From contig JASTWF010000344.1 of NCBI GenBank assembly GCA_030390025.1, positions 124,001 through 188,000 on the forward strand: 64,000 nt of DNA, written 5' to 3'. This document shows positions 27,963-41,980 of this stretch, one piece after another. Position 1 is the stretch's first letter. Each line of letters starts with the position of its first letter. The notes below the pieces were generated by a model. That model was not told where the DNA came from and did not search any database. It was given only the letters and a program-made list of their open reading frames with translations. This DNA comes from Squalus acanthias. Lineage: Eukaryota. The position numbers and the translations under genes are program-made.

Positions 27963-29299
27963 ATGAGAGGTGGCAACTTGCTATTAACAGTTTAAATACA
28001 ACGTGCTTGGTTGTTTTTTTCTCCTTCTCTTGATGGCATCAACTCTGCTGCAGCATGATTTTACAGGTGCTGGCAGCCCTTTGGTACCTCTCCCATATAG
28101 CCAGTCTTCATACGTGGGTCAGTGAGAAGTACTGTGCACCATATTGTGGAATGGCTGGATATTCAACCATAGATGGCATCACAGCACCCACACCCCGCGC
28201 CCTTGGTTGTACCGATAGAAGAGACTAAGGAAGTGGAAGCAGCGAATAAAATGCAGAACCAGAGTTTTCTGAATAAACCAGTATGAAAGAGGCCACAGGG
28301 CAATAAGTGTGGGATGGATGAGGTCCAAACATGAAATGAGGAAGAATGGGGCTCAATTCCTTCAAGTGGAGTCGACAGTAATAATCAGCGTTCACCCTCC
28401 TCTAGATTCGATAGTTTTTCGAGCATACCCCTGTACTGAGCAGCCAGTCTCTGAGCCGTGCAGAGGATGAAACCAACTCTCCAATATTGCTCTGAACGGT
28501 ACCAGCCAAAATCACTGGAGAACCACCGCAGTAAAACATTAAAGTTTATGATCTTGTTGTAAATATTTGATGGAATATTGCCCCTTTATCTAATATCCAC
28601 CCTCCTCTGACACAATTTCCCTCATTTGTCTTGTATCAGTCTGTGTGCAGTACTCTGTACCATGGTGACAAGCCAATCTATGCCTGTACACTCTGCATGT
28701 TCCTCATCTCCTGGATCATATTCATTTACTGGCCATGTCTCCCTTTCAATTTGGTGCCAGCCCCCAGATTCAGCGGTGTTTGGACTGCTGCCCAGTGGGA
28801 GGGAGGGTGCTGAAACTAGAGTGATCTAAGGGTGAAATACCAACTACATTAGATGGTGAAATCTATCAGTGGCAATTTAGGGATTTACCGATTAATGTTT
28901 TGAAAAATCTGAACACACACAGCACCAATACACTCACTACAAAGTGATTCTTGAGTACTGCTGCAACTGACTGGTGCTGTCAAAATCCCCTTCAAGTTTA
29001 TGCCAGGTGCTTTTTTGCAAGTGAGTGTAGCCTTGCTGTACACAAGATGGTTACTGGAACTGCAAGTTCCATTTTAAGGTCAAAACTGGGTGGCTCCTTT
29101 AAAAAAAACCACTGACCTTGTCAAAGTGAAACCTGTGAAAGCAGTTTCACTAGTGCTTGCTCATGGAAGACAGCAAGAAAAAGTAGTCTGACAGAATACT
29201 AAAGTCAAGAGACTCCTGGATAGAAACTTTATAATCAACAGGGTTATTGGCAGCATCAGAGACCAAGGCATGGGTTTGAAATCTGGAACAGTAAGGGGC

Positions 29300-30245
29300 C
29301 AAGGATCCCTCCCTTTTTCATCTACATGCTGCCCCCTCAGCAACATCATCCAAAAACACAGTGTCAGTTTCCACATGTATGCTAACACCACCCAGCTCTA
29401 CCTCACCACCATCTCTCTCGACCCCTCTGCTGTCTCCAAATTGTGAGACTGCTTGCCTGACATCCCTGTAGTGGATGAGCAGAAATTTCCTTCAACTAAA
29501 TATTGGGAAGACCGAAGCCAATGTCTTTGGTCCCCGCCACCAACTCCATCCCTTTGCCTGGTCACTGTCTGAACCAGACTGTTAGCATCCCCGAGATGAG
29601 CTTCCAACCACATATCTGCGCCATAACTGAGACCGCCTATTTCCACCTCCCTAACATCACCCGACTCCGCCCCTGCCTCAGCTCATCTGCTGCTGAAACC
29701 CTCAGACTTGACTATTCCAACTCACTCCTGGCAGGCCTCCCACATTCTATCCTCTGTAAAATTTGCTGCCGTGTCCTAACTCGCACCATGTACCACTCAC
29801 CCATCACCCCTGTGCTCGCTGACCTACATTGGATCCCGGTTAAGCAACGCCTCGATTTTAAAATTCTCATCCTTGTTTTCAAATCCCTCCCTGGCCACAC
29901 CCCTCCCTATCTTGAATCTCCTCCAGCCCTACAACCCTCCGATCTCTGCGCTCCTCCAACCCTGGCCTCTTGAACATCCCCGATTTTAATTACTCCACCA
30001 CTGCCGGCCGCGCCTTCAGCTGCCAAGGCCCTAAACTCAAATTCCCTCCCTAAACCTCTCCGTCTCTTTTTCCTCCTTTAAGATGCTCCTTAAAACCTAC
30101 CTCTTTGACCAAGCTTTTGGCCATCTGCCCTAATATCTCCTTAGGTGGCTCGGTGTCACATTTTGTTCGATAACGCTCCTGTGAAGCACCTTGGGACGTT
30201 TTACTACGTTAATGGCGCTATATAAAGACAAGTAGTTGTTTTGAT
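29300..30245 (+). mobile_element. L2-like LINE 3' fragment
   Basis: ORF 29503..29973 (RLDYSNSLLAGLP...HSPITPVLADLHWIPVKQRLDFK); L2 tail ...GCGCTATATAAA. Confidence 0.85.
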
Positions 30246-31511
30246 ATTTTGCTGGGAGGGGTGTGAACCAGACAGATTCAGCAGCAGCAAATGATTTAGT
30301 TTTTTGGCCCGTTAAGTCTTCATCACATATTGATCAGTGTGACGAGGTTCCTGAGCATCAGTTCTAAATCTGCCCTTTGCCGATGTGAATTTGTGCACAG
30401 CGTAGCTTTCAGCAGTGCTCTGCATGTACCTTCCCTTTACATTCAGTCTTTCATACCTCACAGATCCCCTCAGACACTTCTTTTCAAGGCCAAGTAGCCC
30501 AGATTTGTCCAATCTAACACTTCAACCCTCTAACACTAGAGTCAGTCAAGACTCTGCGCTAACATGCATTTCTGAATACATTTTGAACAGTAAACAGAGA
30601 TAGATGTTCACTGTTTAAATTACCCCATGAACATTGACAAATCCCTTTATATTCTTGGCCATCAACAGGAATGCAGCCTTCAAGCTCTTCTCTACACTGC
30701 CTCCAGGGCTTGAGTTTGCCTCAGTAACCAAAACTGACCAGCAACATCAATACTTGAAAATAAAATTCCAAGGTAGTGTGGTGGAGGTAAAAATCAATGG
30801 ACTCACTGAAGTTGAACGTTACAACTGGGGCGATGGAACTTTAGCCTTGCTCTGGATGGATGAGCTAAAATATGCCAAATGGCCTTGTCCACTTGTATCT
30901 ATCCTGTGGTCTTGCTTTGGGATATCCATTTCTCCAGCTACCTTGTAGACTAGGAAGAATTACTGTTCAAAATTGAGATGTGCAATTAGGCTTCGTGCAG
31001 TCTCGAGCCGAGACTCAGGACACCTACCCCACACTTTGAGAGCAATTTTGAACACTGAATGTGGATGAGATATCCCAGGAAGGTTGCGAAATTCCTTCAT
31101 ATTATTGCAGGCTATTATCTAACCTGGAACGCTGACTCAATGGAACGCACCAACTTTCAGACTTTACACCCAGCCTGGCATAGCTGGCCAACTGCCTTCC
31201 ACTGTGCTCCTGGTGACGTGCAGTTTCTTTCAGTACTGCAAACAATGCTGAGCTTTGAGGCACACAACATTTCTCTAGTAACCGGACACCACAGCTCCCT
31301 CAGATGAGGAAGTCAATCCTACAGCAGCTGCCCAGTGTATAGCTGAAGCACCATATCATGTATCAGTCTAAAGCATTACATGAAATGTCCGATTTCAGTT
31401 ACCTCCAGCGTTCTAACAAAGAGTGCCTACCTGAAACGTTAACCAAGGTTTCCTTCCTTTCAGATGCTGATAGACCTGCAGTGCATCTCCAGCATTTCCT
31501 TCTAATTTTGA

Positions 31512-31842
31512 TTACATAAGAACATAAGAAATAGGAGCAGGAGTAGGCCAATCGGCCCTTCAAGCCTGCTCCGCCATTCAATAAGATCATGGCTGATCTG
31601 ATCCTCACCTCAAATCTAAAGAACATAAGAAGTAGGAGCATGACCCGGCCACTCAGCCCCTGGGCCCGCTACGCCACCCACAGGGCCTCGACCGATCCGA
31701 ACTCAGCCTCATGTCCAATTTCCTGCCCGCTCCCCGTAACCCCTAATTCCCTTTACTTCTAGGAAACTGCCTATTTCTGTTTTAAATGTATTTAATGATG
31801 TAGCTTCCACAGCTTCCTGGGGCAGCAAATTCCACAGACCTT
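31512..31842 (-). mobile_element. CR1 3' end with two tandem tail modules
   Basis: ACATAAGAA tails at 31513 and 31622. Confidence 0.8.
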
Positions 31843-33628
31843 TACATCCATCTTGTGGAGATGTTTCCTACAGGTGCAGTGCAATGTCACTGAACGGCAA
31901 AGCACTAAAACTGCGAAGAGTGAAGGGAAAGAATGGGCTCAAACTACACTGTTCAGCTCCGGATCTGAACACCACTGAGCAGATGCTGCTGCACCCCCCT
32001 ATAGGGACATCAATGGAGCTGGGGATGCCACATCTGTCTGCCTCTGGAACACCCTCTCAGCAGCACACTTGCTAGGCCAGATGAAATGAACAAAATATTA
32101 GAGAAAAGTTTCTTTTGGAAAAAAAATGGCAGAGGAACAGCATGAATGGCCTTTCAGCTCTGAGATCCAGGTTCAAATCTAGCCCAGTCTACACATTGCA
32201 AGGATCCCGTGAAATGAAACAAAATGCTAGAAATGCTCAGCAGATCAGTTAGCATCTGCGGAGATAACAATGCTCCAGGTGCGGCCCCCTTTTCAGAGAA
32301 AACACCTAGTGAATGGGCCACACCGGAAACGATAACCCCTCTGCTGTCCCCACAGATGCTGATTGACCAGTTGAGTGTTTCCCCAATATATTTTTTTGTG
32401 TCAGTAGCTTGCAAGGACACAGGGGTCAAGGATGTTTTTTCTAAGAGGGGATGATGATGGCCCGGGGTGGGGGGGGGGGGGGGGGGGGAGAAAAGAGTAC
32501 CCGAGAAGGAACCGTGTAGAATATCAGGTAGCATGGGGGCCAGGAAGGCAAGTTGGGTGGTCTGCAGTTTAGTGGGAATAGGGGTGAAAACATAGTGGCA
32601 CAAACATCTTACTGATAATAATTGATCCTCTTCGCACTCCCTGTGGTATAGTCCCCAGAACTGGATAATATTCAAGCTAATATACAAACTAATTAGCACT
32701 TTCTGGGGACTTCTGCTCCATCCCTGAGCTCTACATGCTAAGATCACTTTTGCCTTTTTCACCATTGCTGTACTGTGTGCTGACAGTTTAAGAATGTTTC
32801 CCACTAAAGCCCACTGCACTCTCCTGTTTCATTTCCTGTAGACTCTTCCCATTTATTTCATACTCCCACTTCTACAGTTTCATGACTTTACACTTCACAT
32901 TAAACATCTGTGCGCTCTAACTGCTAGACAATTACTCCCTGTTGGGTCTGTGTGGTCTAACCTCTAGACCGGGAAGAGGGAAGACAGACAGTCACATGTC
33001 CTAGTGTGGTACAGTAACACAGGAAAAACATACATGCACATATCATCACATCTCTGAACAGCCCAGAGATCTTCATGAAACTTACGTAGGTGAGCACAGT
33101 CGTCATTTTGCACTCGAGGTTAATCCAGGAGTTTCTAAACTTCGCCTGTTACTGGGCCAGATAGATACATACCACGAAACCAAACAAGCTAAATATCCAT
33201 GCCCCCAGTAATCTGCATGTAAATTAAGCTGCTGATATTAACAGATCTTGGCGTTCTGATTTAGAATTTATTCATCAAAGAGACAATTGCGCAGAGACCA
33301 ATCCTTTCCAAAACTCCAGGCTCACGGAATCCAAACCAACAAGCATGAAATACAAACACAAACAGAATGTTACGCCTGCAGTCCATGGGCTGGAGAGCCA
33401 GTACTCCCAGGTGACCACTGACCACAGTCTCAACACACAAGTTAACCCCTTTCTGCTGGCTTTGGTTGAATGAGTGCTGGTCAGGACAGCGCCATGGTAT
33501 CTTTAATATCCTGAACAGGCAGACGATGCCTGGTTAAACCCCTCACCTGAAAGGCATCTCTGACAATGCAGTACTCTCTCATACAGCACTAGTGAGCCTA
33601 GATCATGGGCTTCAACTTTCTGACTTTG

Positions 33629-33631
<3 letters not shown>

Positions 33632-33688
<57 letters not shown>
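33632..33688. repeat. (GA)n microsatellite
   Basis: Directly visible. Confidence 0.98.
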
Positions 33689-33690
<2 letters not shown>

Positions 33691-34309
33691 AACCAAGCAA
33701 AGCTGAGACAGACAGACACCACGTACACACACCCGACCATGGGTCTTACAAGCAGCCTTAGTAGTTTCATTATTTTGACACAGCTTTCCAACACACCCTT
33801 GTATTGTGTTTTATGAAAAACTGCTCAATCAAGCTGAAAGGCAAATATACATTGGGAAACACATGCCAATGTGACCAGAGACATACGTCTAGAGACTTAG
33901 AACACCATTCTCCATCAACGAGCAAGGGGTCAGTCATTGGGGGTTGGGTAAGCGATACACTGGCTCCAATACTTCAACAAAAGGACTCTATCCTATGCAA
34001 CATTTCTAATTACGTCACACTTAGAATTTGCTAATTTACCCAGAGCCTTGGATCAGGAGAGTATCCAACCTCTGGGTTCAGCAGCATGTCCAGGAAGACA
34101 GGGTCTTCCAACAGGACAACCTGACAGACAATAGTCAGCTAATCAGCTGGCATCTCTGAAGTTCTGTCAGAAGAAAGCAGCAAACAGGAAGCAGCAGTGA
34201 TACGGTTTCTGCATTTCATACATGGTATATACAGCAGATATGGCGCTTTGGAACAGGAGATAAGTTGTGGCCAAAAGAATCTATTATCCAAACAATTAAA
34301 TTCACATCA

Positions 34310-34850
34310 TGCCTACAACACAGAAACAGGCCATTCGGCCCAACTCGTCTGTGCCGGTGTTTCTGCTCCACACGAGCCTCCTCCCACCCTACTTCAGCTC
34401 ACCTCATCAGCATATCCTTCTATTCCTTTCTCCTTCGTGTTTATCTAGCTTCCCCTTAAATGAATCTATACTATTCGCCTCAACCACTCCCTGCAGTAGT
34501 GAGTTCCACATTCTCACCACTCTCTGGGTAAAGAGGTTCCTCCTGAATTACTTATTGGATTTATTAGTGACTATCTTATATTGATGGCTCCTAGTTTTAG
34601 ACTCCCCACAAGTGGAAACATCTCTACATCTACCCTATCGACCCCGTTATAATTTTAAAGACCTCTATCAGATCACCTCTCAGTCTTCTCTTTTCTAGAG
34701 AAAAGAACTGCAGCTGGTTCAGTCTTTCCTGATAGCTGTACCCTCAGTTCTGGTATCATCCTTGTAAATCCTTTTTGCACATTCTCCAGTGCTTCTATAT
34801 TCTTTTTGTAGTATGGAGACCAGAACTGTGCACAGTACTCTAGGTCTAAC
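34310..34850 (-). mobile_element. CR1 3' fragment
   Basis: Similar to 6700-7450; LEYCAQFWSPYY peptide. Confidence 0.85.
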
Positions 34851-35479
34851 CACACTGTTGCATCCAGTCCCATATGCACCACAGTCTGCTCTATAACATT
34901 ACTCCAATTTAACATCGAAGTGTTGTGCAGCAACAGCAACCAATACCTAAATCACCACACACTGTATAGTCAGCAATGGGATGGATATTGCTCTGGATGT
35001 TGGATAGTTCTATTCCCTGACCTGCACCTCGACAAGAGAGAACATCTTTTAGCTTCTGAATATGTGAAGGATATCACAAGAGTTAAAAAAAAGCACAAGT
35101 TGAACGACTAGATATATTTTTTTAAATGCTACTAGGAACAGTTGAGGCAACCTAGGTGAAAGGGGAATAGACAGCAACACAGAAAAATGTGTGTGGCAGC
35201 ATAACTGTAAATACGGGAACTCCAGGGGATTCTCCACAGATTACTAGAAACAGATTTCTGAATACTCCACTATTGTAAACTGTAATCCCTGGCTCAGTTT
35301 GTTGGATGGTTAGATTGTGAACGGAGGACAGAGCCTGATATTTAAATAATGCTACATATGCTAAACAGTTCTCTAATAATCACACTGCTCCATTTGTAAT
35401 CTATTCTTGATGCTTTAGTAGCACTGAAAATCAGACTTCAAAAGAGTTTTACTTGGGCATCTGCTAACTCCAACTTTAT

Positions 35480-35822
35480 TTGTACTGTAGGAAAAGTGGC
35501 AGCCAATTTGCGCACAGCAAGGTTCCACAAACAGCAATGTGATAATGACCAGATAATCTGTTTTAGTGATGTTGGTTGAGAGATAAATATTGGCCCAGGA
35601 CACCGGGGAGAACACCCCTGCTCTTCTTCGAAATAGTGCCGTGGGATCTTTTATGTCCACCTGAGGGGGCAGACGGTTAACGACTCATCCGAAGAACGGC
35701 AGCTCCAACAGTGCAGCGCTCCCTCAGTACCGCACTGAGGATTTTGTGCTCAAGTCCCCGAAGTGGGGCTTGAACCCACAACCTTCTGACTCAGAGGCAA
35801 GAATACGACTACTGAACCACAG
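35480..35822 (-). mobile_element. DeuSINE
   Basis: Similarity to the other copies. Confidence 0.8.
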
Positions 35823-36349
35823 CTCGTTTGGTTTGGTTTTGCAGGCCAACTCTACATTAAATTCGAACTATTGCACAAACTTTGCTAACGTTTTTGAATG
35901 GACCTTGGCTGGGTTTCCAATTACTGTATATGGAAAAATAATTGAAAAAAATTGTTCATTAAGAACAGTCAGCATGGATTTGTTAAAGGCAAATTGTGTT
36001 TGTCATTTAACTTTTTTCAAGAAGGTGTTTGATTAGGGACATGTTGGAAAAATCCAAGCATGATGGGGAGGCAGAAATGTAGCAGCATGGGGTTGGTTGA
36101 CAGGCAGGAAGTAGGTGGTAGAGTAATGGGATGTTGCTGGATTGGAAATTAGCTGGTTTAGCAAACAGTGAGGGTTATAAAAGTCTTCAGGATGACAGAC
36201 AGATTAGTAGAATGAGCACACAGGTAACAGAGGCTATTTGACATAGATAAGTGTGAGGTAAAACATTTTGGGAAAGACAACGAATGGGAGTAAACACTCA
36301 ATGGAAAGGATATGGATGATGAGAGACCTAAAGGATTTAATTACAGAAC

Positions 36350-36545
36350 AACTTGCATTTATATAGCACCATTAACGTAGTAAAACCTCCCAAGCTATTT
36401 CACAGGAGCGTTATCGAACAAAATTTAACACCGAGCCACATAAGGAGATATTAGGACAGAGCTTGATCAAAGCAAAAGCTTGATCAAAGAGGTCGGGTTT
36501 AAGGAGCATCTTAAAGGAGGAGAGAGAGGTAGAGGCGGAGAGGTG
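36350..36545 (-). mobile_element. L2-like 3' end inserted in an old CR1 fragment (about 35920-36600, plus strand)
   Basis: Reverse complement of the tail at 30060-30240. Confidence 0.7.
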
Positions 36546-36601
36546 CGAGTGCAGGTAGATAAAGCCATAAAAAAGGCCAAAGCATTATGGGTTTTATAAA
36601 T

Positions 36602-39600
36602 AGTTAGGCTAAATACGTGGCTTGAGCAGTGGTGTAAGAGGGAGGGTTTTAAATTTTTGAGGCATTGGAACCAGTTTTGTGGTAGGTGTGACCTATACAA
36701 AAGGGACGGTCTACACCTGTGCAAAGATGGAACTGATGTTCTCGGGGTAATTTTTGATAAAGCAGTTCGGGAGCATTTAAACTAGTATGGCAGGGGGCTA
36801 GAAACCTATGTAGTGAAATAGAGGAAAGTGAAAGGCAGACAGAAATAAATGGTAAAAGGGTGAGGAACAAAAAACAAAGGGCCAAACTAATTCATAAAAA
36901 ATGTGAGCATAAAAAAAGCCTGAGGGTTTTATACCTTAATGCGAGAAGCATCAGGAACAAGGTAGATGAATTAGCTGTGAAAATAGAGGTTAATAATTAT
37001 GATCTAATTGGGATTACGGAAACATGGTTGCAGGGTGAGCAGGGCTGGGAGCTTAACATACAGGGGTATTCAGTATTTAGGAAGGATCGACAAAAAAGAA
37101 AGGGAGGAGGGGTAGCATTGCTGGTAAAAGAGGGGATAAATGCAATTGAAAGGAAGGATATTAACTCAGTTAATACAGAATCTATATGGGTGGAGCTAAG
37201 AAATAGCGAGGGGCGAAAAACATTAATAGGAGTGGTATATAGGCCTCCAAATAGTAAAATAGAGGTTGGGGAGGGCATCACGAGGGAAATTAGAGAAGCG
37301 TGCAATAAGAGCACAGCTGTCATCATAGGTGACTTTAACTTACATATAGATTGGACTAGCCTAATCAGTAAAAATAATGAGGAGGAGGAATTCCTTGAGT
37401 GTTTAAGGGATGGTTATCTGGATCAATATGTCGAGGAACCAACTCGGGAACAGGCTATATTGGACTGGGTACTGTGCAATGAGAAGGGACTAATTAGTAA
37501 TCTTGTTGTACGGGGACCCTTGGGTCAGAGCGATCATAACATGATCGATTTCTCACTCGAAATGGAGAGCGAAGAAATTGACTCAGAGACTAAGGTCCTG
37601 AATTTAAACAAGGGGAATTATGATGCCATTAGACGGGAACTGAGTAGGTCTGATTGGACAACGTTCCTGGGAGGACTGGAGGTAGATAAACAATGGCAAA
37701 CATTTAAAGATAGAATGACAAAATTGCAAAAATTGTTTATACCAATCTGGCATAAAAGGAAATCTAAAAAGGTGACTCAACCGTGGATAACAGGGGAAAT
37801 TAGAGACAGCATAAAATCCAAAGATAGGGCGTATAAAATAGCCAAAAAAAGCGCCAGAGCGGAAGATTGGGAACAGTTTAAGATAGAGCAAAGGAGGACA
37901 AAGGGCTTAATCAAGAGGGGCAAAATAGCTTACGAAAGCAAGCTGGCGGAAAATATAAAAACTAACTCCAAAAGCTTTTATAAGTATATCAAGAGGAAAA
38001 GACTGGTGAAAACCAAAGTTGGTCCATTGCAGTCAGATACGGGGGAATATATAACGGGAAATAAGGAAATGGCAGACCAACTAAATGCATACTTTGGGTC
38101 AGTCTTTACGAAGGAAGACACAAAAAACCTCCCTGGGATATCGGGAAAAATAGGGACATTGGCAAAGGAGGAACTGACGCAAATCAATATCTCTAAGGAT
38201 ATGGCGTTAAGGAAGCTAAAGGGAATGAAGGCGGACAAATCCCCAGGGCCTGATAACATGCATCCTAGGGTACTGAAGGAGGTGGCCCTAGAGATAGCGG
38301 ATGCACTAAGTATGATTTTTCAGAATTCATTAGACTCGGGAACAGTGCCCATGGATTGGAGGGTAGCTAACGTTACCCCACTATTCAAAAAGGGGGGTAT
38401 GGAAAAAGCAGGTAATTACAGACCTGTAAGCCTTACATCAGTTGTGGGCAAAATGCCGGAGTCCATCATTAAGGATGAAATAGCGGAGCACTTAGCAAAT
38501 GGGGACAGGATAGGACAGAGTCAACATGGATTTACAAAGGGTAAATCGTGCTTGACTAATCTATTGGAATTTTTTGAGGGAGTAACTGGTAAAATAGATG
38601 GGGGAGAGCCAGTAGATGTGGTGTACCTGGACTTCCAAAAGGCCTTCGATAAGGTCCCACATAAAAGATTAGCATGGAAAATTGAAGCTCATGGGATAAA
38701 GGGGAAAGTATTGACGTGGATAGAGAACTGGCTGTCAGATAGAAAACAGAGAGTTGGAATAAACGGCTCATTTTCAGAATGGCAGGCAGTAACAAGTGGG
38801 GTACCACAGGGATCTGTCCTGGGTCCCCAGCTGTTCACAATTTACATTAATGACCTGGATCAGGGAGTCGGATGCAGCATTTCCAAATTTGCAGACGACA
38901 CTAAACTCGGAGGGGGGGTGGGCTCAGAGTAGGAGACCAGGAAGCTCCAGAGCGATTTGGACAGACTGGGTGATTGGGCGGATAAATGGCAGATGCACTA
39001 TAATGTGGACAAGTGCGAAGTTATCCACCTTGGGTGCAGGAACGGGAGGGCAAATTATTATTTAAATGGCAATAAATTGGGAGAGGGGGAAGTACAGAGA
39101 GACCTGGGTGTTCTTGTACACCAGTCACTGAAGGCGAGCATGCAGGTGCAACAGGCGGTCAAGAAGGCAAACGGTATGCTGGCCTTCATAGCAAAAGGGT
39201 TGGAATACAGGAACAGGGATACCTTGCTGCAGCTGTACAGGGCACTGGTGAGACCACACCTCGAGTACTGTGTACAGTTTTGGTCGCCTCATCTGAGGAA
39301 AGATGTTCTTGCCATGGAGGGGGTGCAGCGGCGATTCACCAGGCTGATACCAGGAATGGCGGGATTGACCTATGAGGAGAGACTATGTAGTTTAGGGATG
39401 TACACACTGGAGTTTAGAAGATTGAGAGGGGACCTCATAGAAGTGTATAAAATTCTGACAGGTCTAGACAGACTAGATGCAGAAGGAATGTTTCCCTTGG
39501 CGGGTGAGAACAGAACTAGAGGACATAATTTAAGGATAAGGGCTAAACCATTTAGGACAGAAATGAGGGGGAATTTCTTCACTCAGAGGGTGGTGAACCT

Positions 39601-39822
39601 GTGGAACTCATTGCCACAGAGGGCAGTGTACGCCAGCTCATTAAATATATTTAAGAGGGAATTAGATATATTTCTACAGGCAAAAGGGGTTAAGGGTTAC
39701 GGAGAGAAGGCGGGGACGGGATACTGAATTGGAGGATCAGCCATGATCTCATTAAATGGCGGAGCAGGCTCGAAGGGCCGGATGGCCTACTCCTGCTCCT
39801 ATCTTCTATGTAATCTATGTAA
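36602..39822 (+). mobile_element. Young 5'-truncated CR1 (HER1-like) LINE: ORF1 C-terminus, ORF2 with one nonsense codon, and 3' UTR
   Basis: ORF1 tail ...WCKREGF...DLYKRDGLHL stopping at about 36785; ORF2 with APE endonuclease (ITETWL, GDFN, SDH) and RT ([17 protein letters not shown]); CR1 3' hairpin and short-repeat tail. Confidence 0.96.
36860..39727 (+). pseudogene. CR1 ORF2 (endonuclease/reverse transcriptase) broken by a single in-frame TAG at 38930-38932
   Basis: ORFs 36860..38932 and 38957..39727 share a frame (offset 2097 nt). Confidence 0.93.
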
Positions 39823-39907
39823 AGCACACAGGGATCCAACACACTTTCACCATCAAATCCAGTCATTGAAGCCATGAATTTAAGTGTATTCATTTGTGCT
39901 TTGCAGA

Positions 39908-41980
39908 TTACATAAGAATTAGGAGTAGGCCATACGGCCCCTCGAGCCTGCTCTGCCATTCAATAAGATTATGGCTGATCTTCGACCTCAACTCCACTTT
40001 CCCACCCTATCTCCATATCCCTCGATTCCAAAAATCTATATCTCAGCCTTGAATATACTCAACGATTCAGCATCCACAGCCCTTTGGGGTAGAGAATTCC
40101 AAGATTCACAACCCTCTGAGTGAAGAAATTCCTCATCTCAGTCTTAAATGGCAGACCCCTTATCCTGAGACTATGGCCCCTAGTTCTAGATTCTCCAGCC
40201 AGGGGAAACTTCAGCATCTACCTGGTCAATCCCCCTCAGAATCTTACGTTTTAATGAGATCACCCCTCATTCTTCTAAACTTGAGAGTATAGGCCCAATC
40301 TACTCAACCTCTCCTCATAGGACAACCCTCTCATCCCAGGGATCAATCTAGTAAACCTTCGTTGCACCGCCTCCAAGGCAAGTATGTCCTTCCTCAGATA
40401 AGGAGACCAAAACTGTGCACAGTACTCCAGGTGTGGTCCCACCAAAGCCCTGTAACAATTGTAGTAAGACTTCCTTACTCTTATACTCCAACCCCCTTGC
40501 AATAAAGGCCAACATAGAGCCATACAGTTATACAGCACAGAAAGAGGCCCTTCGGCCCATCGTGTCTGCGCTGGCCATCAAGCCCTGTCTATTCTAATCC
40601 CATTTTCCAGCACTTGGTCCATAGCCTTGTATGCTATGGCATTTCAAGTGCTCATCTAAATGCTTCTTGAATGTTGAGGGTTCCTGCCTCTACCACCCTT
40701 TCAGGCAGTGAGTTCCAGATTCCAACCACCCTCTGGGTGAAAAAGTTTTTCCTCAAATCCCCTCTAAACCTCCTGCCCCTTACCTTGAAACTATGCCCCC
40801 TGGTTATTGACCCCTCTACTAAGGGGAAAGGTTCCTTTCTATCTACCTTATCTATGCCCCTCATAATTTTGTACACCTCAATCAGGTTCCCCCTCAGCTC
40901 GAAGGAAAACAACCCCAGCCTGTCCAGTCTCTCTTCATAGCTGAAGCGCTGCAGCCCAGGTAACATCCTGGTGAATCTCCTCTGCACCCTCTCCAATACA
41001 ATCACATCCTTCCTATAGTGTGGCGACCAGAACTGCACACAGTATTCCAGCTGTGGCCTAACTAGCATTTTGTACAGCTCCATCATAACCTCCCTGCTCT
41101 TATATTCTATGCCTCGGCTAATGAAGGCAAGTATCCCATATGCCTTTTTAACCACCTTATCTACCTGTCCTGCTGCCTTCAGAGATCTATGTACATGCAC
41201 ACCAAGGTCCCTCTGATCCTCTGTCCTTCCTAGGGGCCTACCATTCATTGTGTATTCCCTTGCCTTGTTAGTCCTCCCAAAATGCATCACCTCACACTTT
41301 CCAGGGTTAAATTCCATTTGCCACTGTTCTGCCCATCTGACCAACCCGCCTATATCGTCCTGTAGCCTGAGGCTTCCCTCCTCGCTATTTACCACTCCAC
41401 CAATTTTCCTGTCATCTGCGAACTTACTGATCATATCTCCTACATTCATATCTAAATCATTAATGTACACGACAAACAGCAAAGGACCCAGCACCGATCC
41501 CTGCGGTACACCACTGGACACAGGCCTCCAGTCACAAAAACAACCTTCGACCATCACCCTCTGCCTCCTGCCACTAAGCCAATTTTGGATCCAATGTGCC
41601 AAATTGCCCTGGATCCCATGGGCTCTTACCTTCTTGACTAGTCTCCCATGCGGGACTTTGTCAAAAGCCTTACTGAAGTCCATGTAGACTACATCAACTG
41701 CACTACCCTCATCCACACACCTAGTCACCCCCTCGAAAAATTCCATCAAATTGCCCTTTGCCTTCCTAATTGCTTGCTGTACCTGCATGCTAACTTTGTG
41801 TTTCCTGTATGAGGACACCTAAATCTCTCAACATCAATATTTAATAGTTTCTCACCATTTAAAAAGTATTCTGTTTTTCTATTCTTTCTACCAAAGTGAA
41901 TAACCTCACATTTCCCCACATTATACTCCATCTGCCACTTTATTGCCCACTTAACTGGTCAATATCCCTTTGCAGGCACT
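39908..41980 (-). mobile_element. CR1 3' fragment (host), interrupted at about 40516-41752 by another CR1
   Basis: Host reads ...AATAAAGGCCAACAT and resumes at ...GCCCTTTGCCTTCCTAATTGC. Confidence 0.88.
40516..41752 (-). mobile_element. Nested CR1 of a different subfamily (RT to 3' end)
   Basis: RT part of ORF 40652..41818; has its own 3' UTR at about 40520-40640. Confidence 0.9.

Noticed and set aside
32154..32819. 221-aa minus-strand ORF
   Set aside because: Runs through decayed CR1, a poly-G tract and Penelope-like remnants; no coherent domain.
40652..41818. 388-aa ORF as a novel RT gene
   Set aside because: Chimeric frame across the junction of two nested CR1 copies.
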